A DNA stretch of 46,894 nt, taken from contig CAYGAM010000003.1 of the NCBI GenBank assembly GCA_964347915.1, forward strand, positions 1 through 46,894, in the 5' to 3' direction. A program made the translations under genes and the position numbers. This DNA is from an uncultured Nitrosopumilaceae archaeon. Lineage in GTDB: Archaea; Thermoproteota; Nitrososphaeria; Nitrososphaerales; Nitrosopumilaceae. The number at the start of each line of letters is the position of its first letter. Position 1 is the stretch's first letter. Below the pieces are notes generated by a model. The model saw only the letters and a list, made by a program, of their open reading frames with translations. It was not told where the DNA came from and did no database searches. Positions 36,027 through 45,227 of this stretch are shown here, one piece after another.

Positions 36027-36674
36027 TCAGTCGCTTGTGCGGCCGTTCATTATTTTGAATTTCAGCTTGGCCAGACGCCCCTTCAGCGAGGGTGTTTTTG
36101 ATTCATCGCACTCCGAGTAGTTTATTGCCATAGCCTGATCGTCAATCCGGATATCCGTTTCCTTTTTCTCTTTGATAATTCGCTGGACGCAGTCGGTGCT
36201 GGATAAAATTCGCTTTTTGAGATTGAGCGGCTCCTCTTGCAGGTGGGCAAGATTGTCGGCTTCGGCAGCAGAAGCGGGGACGGCGGGGGCGACAATAGCT
36301 AAGTTGCGTTCCAGCTCTGACATATCGAGCTCAATGCTGGGCTGGCGGCTGACGCTGGTGGATTTGGGGGCGGCTCGGCGGCGGCTGACGCTGGTGGATT
36401 TGGGGGCGGCTCGGCGTTCCAGTCCTTCAATGATTTTACGCTGGATTGTCAAAGCCTCTCTCATATATTCGGGATTGACCTCATCTTCGATTAATCGGTG
36501 GATTCGTTTTATGCATTCCTCGTATTGTCGCCTGAGTTCCGAAATCGGCTGGGGATTTTCGGCCGTCTCTTCAATGTCTAAAACGTCGCCCAATGACCCA
36601 AATGTGATCTTCCTTACACCCTCACGGGTTTCGATTACGTATGAGGGGAGATCGCCTTCGGTGCTTATTGTCAT
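36027..36674 (-). CDS. Hypothetical protein with an internal 12-aa tandem duplication
   Basis: 215 aa. RRAAPKSTSVSR occurs twice in tandem, encoded by the perfect 36-bp duplication at 36344-36415. Confidence 0.5.
   Translation of the reverse strand: MTISTEGDLPSYVIETREGVRKITFGSLGDVLDIEETAENPQPISELRRQYEECIKRIHRLIEDEVNPEYMREALTIQRKIIEGLERRAAPKSTSVSRRRAAPKSTSVSRQPSIELDMSELERNLAIVAPAVPASAAEADNLAHLQEEPLNLKKRILSSTDCVQRIIKEKKETDIRIDDQAMAINYSECDESKTPSLKGRLAKLKFKIMNGRTSD
36344..36415. repeat. Perfect 2 x 36-bp tandem duplication
   Basis: ggcggctgacgctggtggatttgggggcggctcggc at 36344-36379 and again at 36380-36415. Confidence 0.9.
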
Positions 36675-36697
36675 ACTTTGTATTGCGGTAATTCAAT

Positions 36698-37840
36698 TTA
36701 TAAATTGAGCCCTTTCGGACGTATTGTTCCCCTAATGATTACGATTTTGCCGTCCCAGCCGAGCCCCCGCAAATATTTTATCGCCTCTTCAGGGGTGCCT
36801 CGCGGCTTGATGTAGATAACTTCGATTTCGGCTCCGTGATCTGCCGGCAGTCGCACCTCAAGCTCTATGAGGTGATCGATTACGCCGTATTTTGTGCTTT
36901 CAAGCACCCGGTCATCTCCCACCATCACCATGGACAATGGAGTATATTCTAATGGAATGCCTTTTTTGTTGATATCTTTGAATTGCGCCACGATATGGTA
37001 ATTTCTAAAATCCAGGGCGGATATGCGGGATGCGGAGCAGTAGATCATACCTTTTTCTGGGTTTGGAAAAAATTCTGGATTTGGCCGCAGACCATTATTC
37101 ATAAAATCCCCAAACATGTCATCATTCATTGCCCGATAAGCCATGCCCGATTTTTCATATGTCAGTTTTAATATTCGATTATATTCGTCAAGCAACGCCA
37201 TTGCTTCAGGCTCAATGCGGCGGGCGTATCCCATTATTTCCCGCATAAGTTTGAGCTTGGCTCTCTTGCTTAATTTTTTCTTGGTGGCGATTCCATTCTT
37301 TGTTTTAAATAATTCATACTTTGCGAATTCAGGCGCTTCCAGCAGAGAATTTCTAACGCGCTCAAATGCCTTCATGAATCCTTTATAGATGGGATACTTT
37401 TTACTGCCGAGTATTTGATTATGTAATATTGTTGTGTAATATCGCGGATCGTTAAACCAATAATCGCTGGCATATTTATTAATCACCGCTCTTTTTTTCG
37501 GTCGCTCTGGATTGAAATCAAATGTGTTGAGATCAACAACTGTTGGCCTTTTTCTGCCTTTGCGACTCTTGCCACCACCCTCGTCTGGATTGTTTTCTGC
37601 CCGGCGCTGAACAGCCCGCCGACCCGCCTCGCTGGAGTCTTCGTCGGGGCGAATTGGATAGCGTTGTTTCTTTTCTGTGGTGCGCCAATAATTGCTACCC
37701 CTGTTTGGCTTGTCTTTGAGGCTAGGCTGGAAGCATTTGACGGCGAGTATTTTGAGCCGAAGCGCGATCATATCAAGCTTTATTTTCAGCATTTTAATTG
37801 CTTCGCGAAGTTTCCCGATGTCATCAGAATCATAAGTCAT
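36698..37840 (-). CDS. Hypothetical protein (mobile-element-associated context)
   Basis: 380 aa. A coiled-coil-like N-terminus and a basic low-complexity stretch (RKGRKRP) precede a globular C-terminal two-thirds. No motif I can name. Confidence 0.55.
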   Translation of the reverse strand: MTYDSDDIGKLREAIKMLKIKLDMIALRLKILAVKCFQPSLKDKPNRGSNYWRTTEKKQRYPIRPDEDSSEAGRRAVQRRAENNPDEGGGKSRKGRKRPTVVDLNTFDFNPERPKKRAVINKYASDYWFNDPRYYTTILHNQILGSKKYPIYKGFMKAFERVRNSLLEAPEFAKYELFKTKNGIATKKKLSKRAKLKLMREIMGYARRIEPEAMALLDEYNRILKLTYEKSGMAYRAMNDDMFGDFMNNGLRPNPEFFPNPEKGMIYCSASRISALDFRNYHIVAQFKDINKKGIPLEYTPLSMVMVGDDRVLESTKYGVIDHLIELEVRLPADHGAEIEVIYIKPRGTPEEAIKYLRGLGWDGKIVIIRGTIRPKGLNL

Positions 37841-38021
37841 CCGAACACGCCCCCGAATTGTCGTAAAAATCAGTCGCAGATTTATCGAATCGCGCGGTGG
37901 GCAGTCTTGATTTCATGCACTCATGGGCATTTTTTTTGATTCGTCCATTGCCATTATGTCTTTGCGAATGAATTGCAGTACTGTTTTTGATGCTATCTGC
38001 GAAAGCATTTTCTGGAATCAT
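37830..38021 (-). CDS. Hypothetical small protein, first ORF of the ArdC-like unit
   Basis: 63 aa. It overlaps the next start by 11 nt. A TATA-like CTTATAAAG lies about 25 nt upstream of its ATG. Confidence 0.3.
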   Translation of the reverse strand: MIPENAFADSIKNSTAIHSQRHNGNGRIKKNAHECMKSRLPTARFDKSATDFYDNSGACSDDL

Positions 38022-38042
38022 ATAGTAACTTTCTTGTCGTGC

Positions 38043-38050
38043 TTTATAAG
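38043..38050 (-). promoter_or_regulatory. Candidate TATA box for the 38021-34629 unit
   Basis: The minus strand reads CTTATAAAG, 22-29 nt upstream of the ATG at 38021. Confidence 0.35.
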
Positions 38051-38345
38051 GTTTGTTTGTGATTGTTAGTGCTCCTATGAATCAGGACGCTACTCCTGGG
38101 CGGCGCCAAAACACCATTCAGGAGCGTTATCATTTTTGGACAAGTCATTGGCCTGCAAGGCCGGTATACGCTCAAGCCTGTTTCACAGCAGCCAATGCAT
38201 CAAATGGCAGCAGTTCTGCAACTCATCAGACTGCTGGCAAAAGCGCGCGCCGTAGCCTGCGCTCATGCTGCGCTGACGATTGCGTCAAGTCCTGCTTTGC
38301 TGAACCAGGCATGCTCGGTCCGGGACAAGCGCGCCACCCAACAAT

Positions 38346-38359
38346 AAAAAAACAAAAAA
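38346..38359 (-). terminator. Oligo-T terminator after pstS
   Basis: The minus strand reads TTTTTTGTTTTTTT, starting about 9 nt after the pstS stop (38368). Archaeal RNA polymerase terminates at oligo-T. Confidence 0.5.
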
Positions 38360-38367
38360 GTGCTGGT

Positions 38368-39630
38368 TTATTCTGTCTTGATTATTCCTTGTTGTATGAG
38401 GAACTGCAGTGCTGATATGAGCGTACTGTCGTCTATCTGGCCGTCGCCGTACAGCTTGAAGACGCCTGCCACCCATTCAGGAATTTGCGAATCCGATGCG
38501 GCAGATGCTGCCGGAGCATACTCCCACAGCGCGCTGCCTTCATACTGAACCATTCCAAGCCCCTCTTTTCCCAAGCCAATTACTTCGTCAGGAAGAGGAA
38601 CGAATCCCAGTTCGCTTGCATACTGCTGTCCGTCTGTAAGCATCCAATAGATCATCCATATCAGCGCAAGAGCTTCATTTCGGCTGTCCGCAACATCAGT
38701 GACATCTTCATACACCAAAAGATACGTAAAAGTAGCAATTGGATAAGAGTCTGCTCCTGGCGCATTCAGCAGGTTGACTGCATGCCACGCTTCATTGGGC
38801 TGTGGAAGCGACGCTTTTGCCAGTTCGCCTGCGGCGTTTGCCGTAGTGTCAAGAGACGGATATACAAAGCCCGACTTGTCGCCGTTCTCTACGGCAACAC
38901 TCTTGATATCGTTTTGCACCGCATATGCGATGGATACATATCCTATTGCGCCTTCGGTTGTGAGCAGCGTATTTGCAACGCCTTCATTCCCTGGCGATCC
39001 GCGGCCTGTAGGCCAGCCGACGCTCTTTCCGTTTCCTACGTTTTCATCCCATGATTCGCTTACGGAAGACAGCCATTGCGTGAATACCTTTGTTGTTCCA
39101 GAGCCGTCAGACCTGTAAACTACAGCAATGCTGCTTGACGGCAGATCGACGCCAGGGTTGTCGGCTGCAATTGCCGGATCATTCCATTTTGTGATCTTGC
39201 CTTCAAAGATGTCGGCAATCACCGGTCCTTTCAGGTTCAGTCCGTCGGACACACCGTCCAAGTTGTATACCACGTTTACTGCGCCGATTGTCTCAGGAAT
39301 GTGTAGTGTGCTTGAAACTGCTTCCATTTCAGCTACGGTAAGAGGAGCATCTGTTCCAGCAAAGGATACCGTACCCTCAATGTGCTGCTTTACGCCTCCG
39401 CCGCTTCCAATAGACTGGTAGTTTAGGTTCAAGTCGTCGTTGATGTTGTTGATCTCTACCCGCCAGCGGTCAATCAGCGGAAACGGAAATGATGCACCAG
39501 CACCGTCAATTGTTACCGAGCCTTGCGGCTCTTCCGGCCCCGTCTGAGCCTCTGCATACAGCGGAGGAATTATGGATGTCAGCATTACTGCAATCAGCAT
39601 TATCGTCATTGTTTTCATTAATCGTATCAA
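38368..39630 (-). CDS. pstS: Phosphate ABC transporter substrate-binding protein PstS with an extra C-terminal module
   Basis: Signal peptide MIRLMKTMTIMLIAVMLTSIIPPLYAEA. PstS blocks GAGASFPFPLIDRW, SIGSGGG and YRSDGSGTT. An additional C-terminal tail of about 60 aa ends IPEWVAGVFKLYGDGQIDDSTLISALQFLIQQGIIKTE. Confidence 0.9.
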   Translation of the reverse strand: MIRLMKTMTIMLIAVMLTSIIPPLYAEAQTGPEEPQGSVTIDGAGASFPFPLIDRWRVEINNINDDLNLNYQSIGSGGGVKQHIEGTVSFAGTDAPLTVAEMEAVSSTLHIPETIGAVNVVYNLDGVSDGLNLKGPVIADIFEGKITKWNDPAIAADNPGVDLPSSSIAVVYRSDGSGTTKVFTQWLSSVSESWDENVGNGKSVGWPTGRGSPGNEGVANTLLTTEGAIGYVSIAYAVQNDIKSVAVENGDKSGFVYPSLDTTANAAGELAKASLPQPNEAWHAVNLLNAPGADSYPIATFTYLLVYEDVTDVADSRNEALALIWMIYWMLTDGQQYASELGFVPLPDEVIGLGKEGLGMVQYEGSALWEYAPAASAASDSQIPEWVAGVFKLYGDGQIDDSTLISALQFLIQQGIIKTE

Positions 39631-39658
39631 TGACGCAGTTTACTTATGCATCATAGAA

Positions 39659-39701
39659 ATAGATTACGTACCATACGGAACGATCTATACTCTATATAGA
39701 G
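39659..39701. promoter_or_regulatory. Second copy of the bipartite motif ATAGATTACG-N23-CTATATAGAG, upstream of pstS
   Basis: The 10-mers are at 39659-39668 and 39692-39701, that is 29-38 and 62-71 nt upstream of the pstS ATG at 39630. Confidence 0.5.
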
Positions 39702-39907
39702 CGGCATTCTGGAGCGGGCCCTTGTTTTAGGACCGTTTTTGGAGTGCTTTTGCGCATGTTTTGATCGCTCATTTTGAGCTCCCGCTCCTCAATTTGCTGA
39801 CAAATTTGTTTGGTGGCAGATACGCCAGGACAGAATGGATTCTGCTGCTGCAGCAGCCCGCATATGCATGAGCAGGCGCCTCTCAGGCATCATGGAGCCG
39901 CGCAAAA

Positions 39908-40300
39908 TCACAAGGCGTCGCATTCCTTCGCGAATGTCTTGTGGAACAATTCTATGCGTCCATTTTGTTCCGTCGTGTTCTTCCAGATAAAGCCGCGCCG
40001 CATGCCAAGAGACGTCAAGAATTCTCCAAATTCTCCGGAGGCGTGCTGCAAGCTGTTGCCGGTTCTTATTCTGAGTTTTGCGGTGTCAGGCTTCTCTAGC
40101 GCTACATGCATCATTGCAACAACAACCGCTTTTGCAGTTGCAAATATTTCAAAATTTGTAGGACAGTCATTTTCTTGTGAATGCATCCAGTACGTTGAAG
40201 TAGCAATGCCGCCGTCCACTCCACAGTGAACTCATGTGATGCCGGTCCGCCAGAGTTGGTTTGGGCCGTACGGCCTGAACAGCTTTTCTATCGTAGTCAT
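39908..40300 (-). pseudogene. Frameshifted, truncated DDE (rve-type) transposase relic
   Basis: Three minus-strand frames each carry consecutive pieces of an rve core: PNQLWRTGIT*, then YFNVLDAFTRK*, then LRIRTGNSLQHASGEFGEFLTSLGMRRGFIWKNTTEQNGRIELFHKTFAKEC. Catalytic Asp positions appear substituted by Gly. Confidence 0.7.
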
Positions 40301-40471
40301 CGCTAGAATGCCAAAATAAAAATAAATAACACGCCCCGATCATCAACCGGTACGACTACAGATCCCTTCATACGAATCATTCGTATCAGAAACTTTCTAA
40401 AGCACAATCACCGGCAAATCACGAAAATCGAGTCAGAGTACACGATACAATGCATGAAAACAGAGTGAGAA

Positions 40472-40915
40472 GTGGACAATATCTTTCTCACGTATGGCGA
40501 GTTCCTGCCAAACTTGAAAGTGACAGACTCGGATGAGACAGAATATCCGATCATGTCAAATGCCGATGTCAGATTGCTGTTGCAATTCATGCAGGAGGAT
40601 GGAAAAAACGTAAACGATCTGAGACAGCAGGTGGATAAGGGAATAATCTTTCTAATATGGATCAAAGTCCCCCCTAACAAAAAACTAAAGTCAAACGAGG
40701 TTAGAATACTGCATGTTGGCTATGAAAAAAAGAAGGAAGACAGAAATGACATGAATGTCCTTGATGTTTCCCCAAACCATGCATTCCCCGTATTTTGGAT
40801 CTTCAAAAAGCCCCAAGACTATGACATTACGGACCGATACTGTGTCACCAAACAAGGGGACGAAATAAAATGGAGCACATGGAGGCAGGACATGAGCGGC
40901 ATGCTTATATCATGA
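40472..40915 (+). CDS. Hypothetical protein (GTG start) in an A/T-rich patch
   Basis: Open frame of 147 codons with plausible globular composition and no motif. Confidence 0.3.
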   Translation: MDNIFLTYGEFLPNLKVTDSDETEYPIMSNADVRLLLQFMQEDGKNVNDLRQQVDKGIIFLIWIKVPPNKKLKSNEVRILHVGYEKKKEDRNDMNVLDVSPNHAFPVFWIFKKPQDYDITDRYCVTKQGDEIKWSTWRQDMSGMLIS

Positions 40916-40931
40916 CACTCCTGAGAGTTCC

Positions 40932-41270
40932 GTGCTTTTGGTACGTTCAGAAAATCAAAAAGTTGTGATAGCCTATTCGTTCAGTCCAAAGGTATCGGTA
41001 ATGGCACTGCCTGCAGCCTCGCTGATCTTGCTCACGAGCTTTTCATTGTTTTTAATCATGGTGCAAGTATCTGAATCCTTGTCCATGTTTAAAGAGTTGC
41101 TGGAGCACAAGCTTGAACTCGCTTTGTTTGTCGCTTCCTCAAGCATCATCATACCGCGTTTTATCAATAATGTGGAAATCCGGCACATGACATTCTGGGT
41201 ATATTTCGTGCCTGTGGGACTCTCAATAATCTTTACCTTGCTGTCCTTTGGTAGAGTATCTTTTAATTAG
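40932..41270 (+). CDS. Hypothetical membrane protein
   Basis: 112 aa with three hydrophobic segments. Non-ATG start and no motif. Confidence 0.25.
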   Translation: MLLVRSENQKVVIAYSFSPKVSVMALPAASLILLTSFSLFLIMVQVSESLSMFKELLEHKLELALFVASSSIIIPRFINNVEIRHMTFWVYFVPVGLSIIFTLLSFGRVSFN

Positions 41271-41597
41271 ATATGGTACAATGTATGAGTGACGCAAGAT
41301 GGACGCAGATGAAAAAGCAAGGATAAAAAAACTGTATGATTGTGAGGATTCCATCACATCATACATGATAGATTCGGGCGCAAGAGTCGCCGCCGCCAGA
41401 AAGAAGGACGTAAAAAACGACCCGCGCTGCCTGCTGTCTGAGGATTCTGCATAAGAAGACCCCAGAGCTTTGGTCACTTTTGGCTGTTTTACATCTCTTT
41501 TGAGCACTGATTGTATATGGCCGCCAAAGCGATCTGCGAGATCATTGGTAAACGGACATCATGGCGGCGGCGCATGCCGGATCGGCAAGACGCAATC

Positions 41598-42383
41598 CTA
41601 AAACGGCTTGTTGACCTCGCGCGTAAACACATAGCTGGCAATTATGATCATGGCAACAACAAAAGCGCCGATGATGCCTATGCTGAGTGCGGCGGATACG
41701 CCTTCGGTTACGCCCGTCATCAGTCCCCGAATAAGCAACACGGCATATGTCACAGGATTCAGCTTGGCGGCAGCTGCAAGCCATTCAGGCAAAAGCTCAA
41801 GCGGAAAGAGCGCCGGGCTTAGCATAAACAGCGGCATTCCAAGAAAGTTTATCGTCCCCCAGAACGTCTCCTGAGACTTTGCAGTAGCGGCTATTGTAAC
41901 CGATATGCCCGAAAATCCAAGCGAGAAGAGAATCACTATCGCCATGATTGGTATTATCACAAGCAGGTTGGAGAATCCGACCCCGATGGCAAGGGCTATT
42001 CCTATTATCAGGCTTGCCTGAAGAGCCGCTATCATCGATATTGCCAGCATCTTGCCCAGGGCGACAGACGAGCGCGATATCGGCGATGTCAGCACCTTGT
42101 TCATGAATCCGTACCTTCTGTCCCATAACGTATTGACTCCGCCGAATATGCTTGTAAATATGGCCGTAAGTATTATGACGCCAGGCGCCATAAACTCAAT
42201 GTACTGTCCGTCAAAGCCTGCGGACTGGATGAGCGGCTGCGTCTCTGCAAATATGTTGCCCACCACGATTATCCAAACCGCCGGCTGGATGAGCCGTATC
42301 AGAACGCCGCTGCGGGACTTTTGATAGCGCTTCATCTCGCGCCAGAATACGGCATACGTATCGGATGCGGCGCGCGCCGTCAT
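41598..42383 (-). CDS. ABC-2-type exporter permease
   Basis: 261 aa with six predicted TM helices. The start overlaps the stop of the upstream ATPase gene. Confidence 0.8.
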   Translation of the reverse strand: MTARAASDTYAVFWREMKRYQKSRSGVLIRLIQPAVWIIVVGNIFAETQPLIQSAGFDGQYIEFMAPGVIILTAIFTSIFGGVNTLWDRRYGFMNKVLTSPISRSSVALGKMLAISMIAALQASLIIGIALAIGVGFSNLLVIIPIMAIVILFSLGFSGISVTIAATAKSQETFWGTINFLGMPLFMLSPALFPLELLPEWLAAAAKLNPVTYAVLLIRGLMTGVTEGVSAALSIGIIGAFVVAMIIIASYVFTREVNKPF

Positions 42384-43381
42384 ATCATCTTCCTCCTTGA
42401 GGGAAACCGCTTGCTTACCGGAGCCTCGTCCCGCAGTTCGTGCCCCGTATGCGACAGGAATACGTCGTCCAGCGTAGGCTGCGTTACCGACAGGGAGCCT
42501 ATGCTGACTCCCAGCGAGTCTGATATTTCGAATATTTTTGGAATTACTGCCGTGCCTCCGTCCGCATATGCCGTTATGCTGCGATCCTTGCAGCGCGCCT
42601 CCTGAATCTGCGGGATGCCGCGCATGGCAGAGACTACGTCGTCCGCTCTGCCGCCGACATCAAGCGATATCACCTGCTTTCCCAGGGCGTCCTTCATTTC
42701 CTGCGGCGTGCCCACATTCTGCGTCCTACCATAGTCTATTATTGCCACCCTGTCGCACAGCCTGTCCGCCTCCTCCATATAGTGCGTTGAGACGAATATT
42801 GTAATGCCGTACTGGTCGTGAATGGATCTTAGATGATCCCAGATTTTGCGCCTTGTCTGTATGTCAAGCCCGACGGTCGGCTCGTCCAGAAACAGCACCC
42901 TTGGCATGTGAAGCAGCCCGCTTGCAATGTCCAGCCGCTTTCTCATGCCGCCCGAGTACGTTGATACGGTATCGTTCATTCTGTCGCCAAGCTCCACCAG
43001 GGCAATCACCTCGTCTATCCTCTTTGATGCGGTCTGCTTTGGTATCCGGTTTATCTGGGCTGCAAAAGAGAGGTTCTCCCGCCCCGTCATAAACTCGTCT
43101 ACCGACGTATCCTGCTGAACATACCCTATGCTGCGCCGAACCTGCGACGCCTGGGAAACTACGTCGTATCCGGCAACGGCGGCTTTGCCGGACGTCGGTT
43201 TGAGCAGCGTAGTCAAAAGCATCATCGTCGTGCTCTTGCCTGCGCCGTTGGGGCCTAGAAATCCGAAAATCTCCCCCTCCTCCACGGCAAAGTTAAGATC
43301 GTCTACTGCCACAATATCGCCATATGCCTTCTTGAGAGAGATTGTTTCTATTGCGTTCAACCGACTAGAATGAGGGATCAA
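42380..43381 (-). CDS. ABC transporter ATP-binding protein (DrrA/ABC-2 type)
   Basis: Walker A GPNGAGKSTT, signature YSGGMRKRLDIA, Walker B VLFLDEPTVGLD, and a C-terminal regulatory-like domain. Confidence 0.9.
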   Translation of the reverse strand: MIPHSSRLNAIETISLKKAYGDIVAVDDLNFAVEEGEIFGFLGPNGAGKSTTMMLLTTLLKPTSGKAAVAGYDVVSQASQVRRSIGYVQQDTSVDEFMTGRENLSFAAQINRIPKQTASKRIDEVIALVELGDRMNDTVSTYSGGMRKRLDIASGLLHMPRVLFLDEPTVGLDIQTRRKIWDHLRSIHDQYGITIFVSTHYMEEADRLCDRVAIIDYGRTQNVGTPQEMKDALGKQVISLDVGGRADDVVSAMRGIPQIQEARCKDRSITAYADGGTAVIPKIFEISDSLGVSIGSLSVTQPTLDDVFLSHTGHELRDEAPVSKRFPSRRKMI

Positions 43382-43779
43382 AGGTATAAAATGCTAAACA
43401 TTTGAACATGTCCGAAAATGCCCAGGGCACCTCGCGCGAGCAGGATCTGTCAGGCTCGGCATCAAAGGCCGGGTCATTGCATCATTGGTTCTGCTGCAGG
43501 GGTCGGCTGTTCAAGACGGATGGCAGTCCTGGCAGTGCGCCGCAGCGCAGGATCTGATGCAAGAGAGGCATGCCGCGGCCAAAACCCAAAGCCGTAAGGC
43601 CCGATGCCCCGCGCCGCAAAAGATGAAAATAAATGAGGGCAGATGCGAGGCATGCTGATGCGAAAATGGCGTTGCTTGTGAGAGGGCTTTGCTGCAAGCG
43701 CTGTTCGTCAAACGCGGAGACAGTGCTGTACGGCGGCGGCGCATGCCCCAAATGCATGGCAAGATCAAAGCGATGCTAG

Positions 43780-44133
43780 ATGTCGGAAGATACCGGGTCT
43801 TTTTTGGCTGTGCTCGTTACTATTGGCAGGATAACCGGAAGAGAGCATGCCGTGAAACTCAAGGCCGTACTCTACAAAGGCAGCTATTACTTTTCAAGGC
43901 GCCGCCCGGACTCGGACTGGTTCAAGAATGCCGCGTGCGGCGGCGCGGTCAGGATCATAATAGGCGGCATGGAGATTTTAGGAACGGCAAGCGAGGAGAC
44001 TGACCAGGGCGTAATAGCGGCAGTATCAGAACTCAAGTATCCCGGCGAGCCGAGAGCGCTGGAGGCCAGGGTGGCAATCCGGGTAACTCCCGGCGAGCCC
44101 CAAGGCGCATCGCAAGTCATTCCAGATGAATAA
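43780..44133 (+). CDS. Hypothetical protein, possibly split-barrel (DUF385/deazaflavin-dependent nitroreductase-like)
   Basis: 117 aa. TIGRITGREHAVKLKAVLYKGSYYFSRRRPDSDWFKN loosely matches the TTGRKSG.....PL......G.Y.V......P.WY.N pattern. Weak. Confidence 0.35.
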   Translation: MSEDTGSFLAVLVTIGRITGREHAVKLKAVLYKGSYYFSRRRPDSDWFKNAACGGAVRIIIGGMEILGTASEETDQGVIAAVSELKYPGEPRALEARVAIRVTPGEPQGASQVIPDE

Positions 44134-44761
44134 TTGTGGAGACGCCGCGCTTCTCATGCTCAAGTTCGCCGTCAAGCTCAATTACGGTAACCGTAAACGA
44201 GATAACATCAAGCGGCTTGCCGCCTTTGGCGTGAATCGTAAGCGGAATGTCCGTATCAACGGATGCCGGAAAAGGCAGTATGGACTCGTCTACTGCTGCA
44301 TTGCATGTCGACTCGATTCTAAACCAGTTGTCCTTGAAATGAAATCCCAGGACGGTTTTCCGGTTCAGGCGCCCGCGAGCCCTGACTCTTGCCGTAATGT
44401 TTCCGGGCTGCGCAACAACATAGCTTGACTGTCCGTTTACCTGCACGTCAATGTAAAACGGGTGTCCGGCAGTCGCCTCCGCCATCTTTTGTATGCCGTC
44501 GTTCATCGCTACGTCCACGCCCTTGATTGACTGCGGCACCTTGGCTATCCAGAGGTTTGTCCTTTCTATCACCCCTGCAATCTCTGCGCGCCTTCTGTCA
44601 TCCTCTTTCCGCGGCAGCTTGTAGCGTTCCACCCATGCAATATAGTCGTGCGAGATTTCTTTGATATAGTCCATGCACACTGCCCTGTACGAGTCAACAT
44701 CGTCAGTCCTCTCTGATGCATCGTCCGTTCTCATGCCGTCATAGCCTGCAGGCATTGCCAT
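44117..44761 (-). CDS. Hypothetical protein
   Basis: 214 aa, acidic N-terminus and beta-rich C-terminal half. It converges on and overlaps the previous gene by 17 nt. Confidence 0.45.
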   Translation of the reverse strand: MAMPAGYDGMRTDDASERTDDVDSYRAVCMDYIKEISHDYIAWVERYKLPRKEDDRRRAEIAGVIERTNLWIAKVPQSIKGVDVAMNDGIQKMAEATAGHPFYIDVQVNGQSSYVVAQPGNITARVRARGRLNRKTVLGFHFKDNWFRIESTCNAAVDESILPFPASVDTDIPLTIHAKGGKPLDVISFTVTVIELDGELEHEKRGVSTIIHLE

Positions 44762-45227
44762 GCCATGTACGGCGCAGCCCTTCTAAAAAAACCAAATCAT
44801 GTCACAGGCATGTCTCAGCTGCGCTGCGGCGGCTGCCGCAGTGTATTCAAGAATATCACCAGGCTGGAAGGCATCCCTGCATAATCAGCGCATGCTCAAA
44901 ATGAGATATGTCGGGAGTGCCGGGAAGTTTCTGCCGGCGCGCATCATCCCTGTAGACGCCTGTCCGTTTTCCGCTCCGAAAAGATCCAGCTAGGCGGGGC
45001 ATGCCGCGCATTCATCTTTGGCCTGCCGCCAAATACGATTGGAGTATGCATCAGACATGGCTTTTGCCTGATCTAGGGCAGTCTTATCCGCCGAAATTCT
45101 GCCTGCAGCTCAATGCATTTCGTTTTGCTGGCCGCCTCTTTTAATTGGACGCATGGAAATAGGACATTCCAAGATTGCTCCTGCAGTTCCGTGCTGCAAA
45201 GCATGATATTGAAGATGCCGGCTGCCG

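Noticed and set aside
44117-44133. 17-nt 3' overlap of the convergent genes 43780..44133 and 44117..44761
   Set aside because: Short convergent overlaps are common, and the function of both genes is unknown. Nothing further can be inferred.
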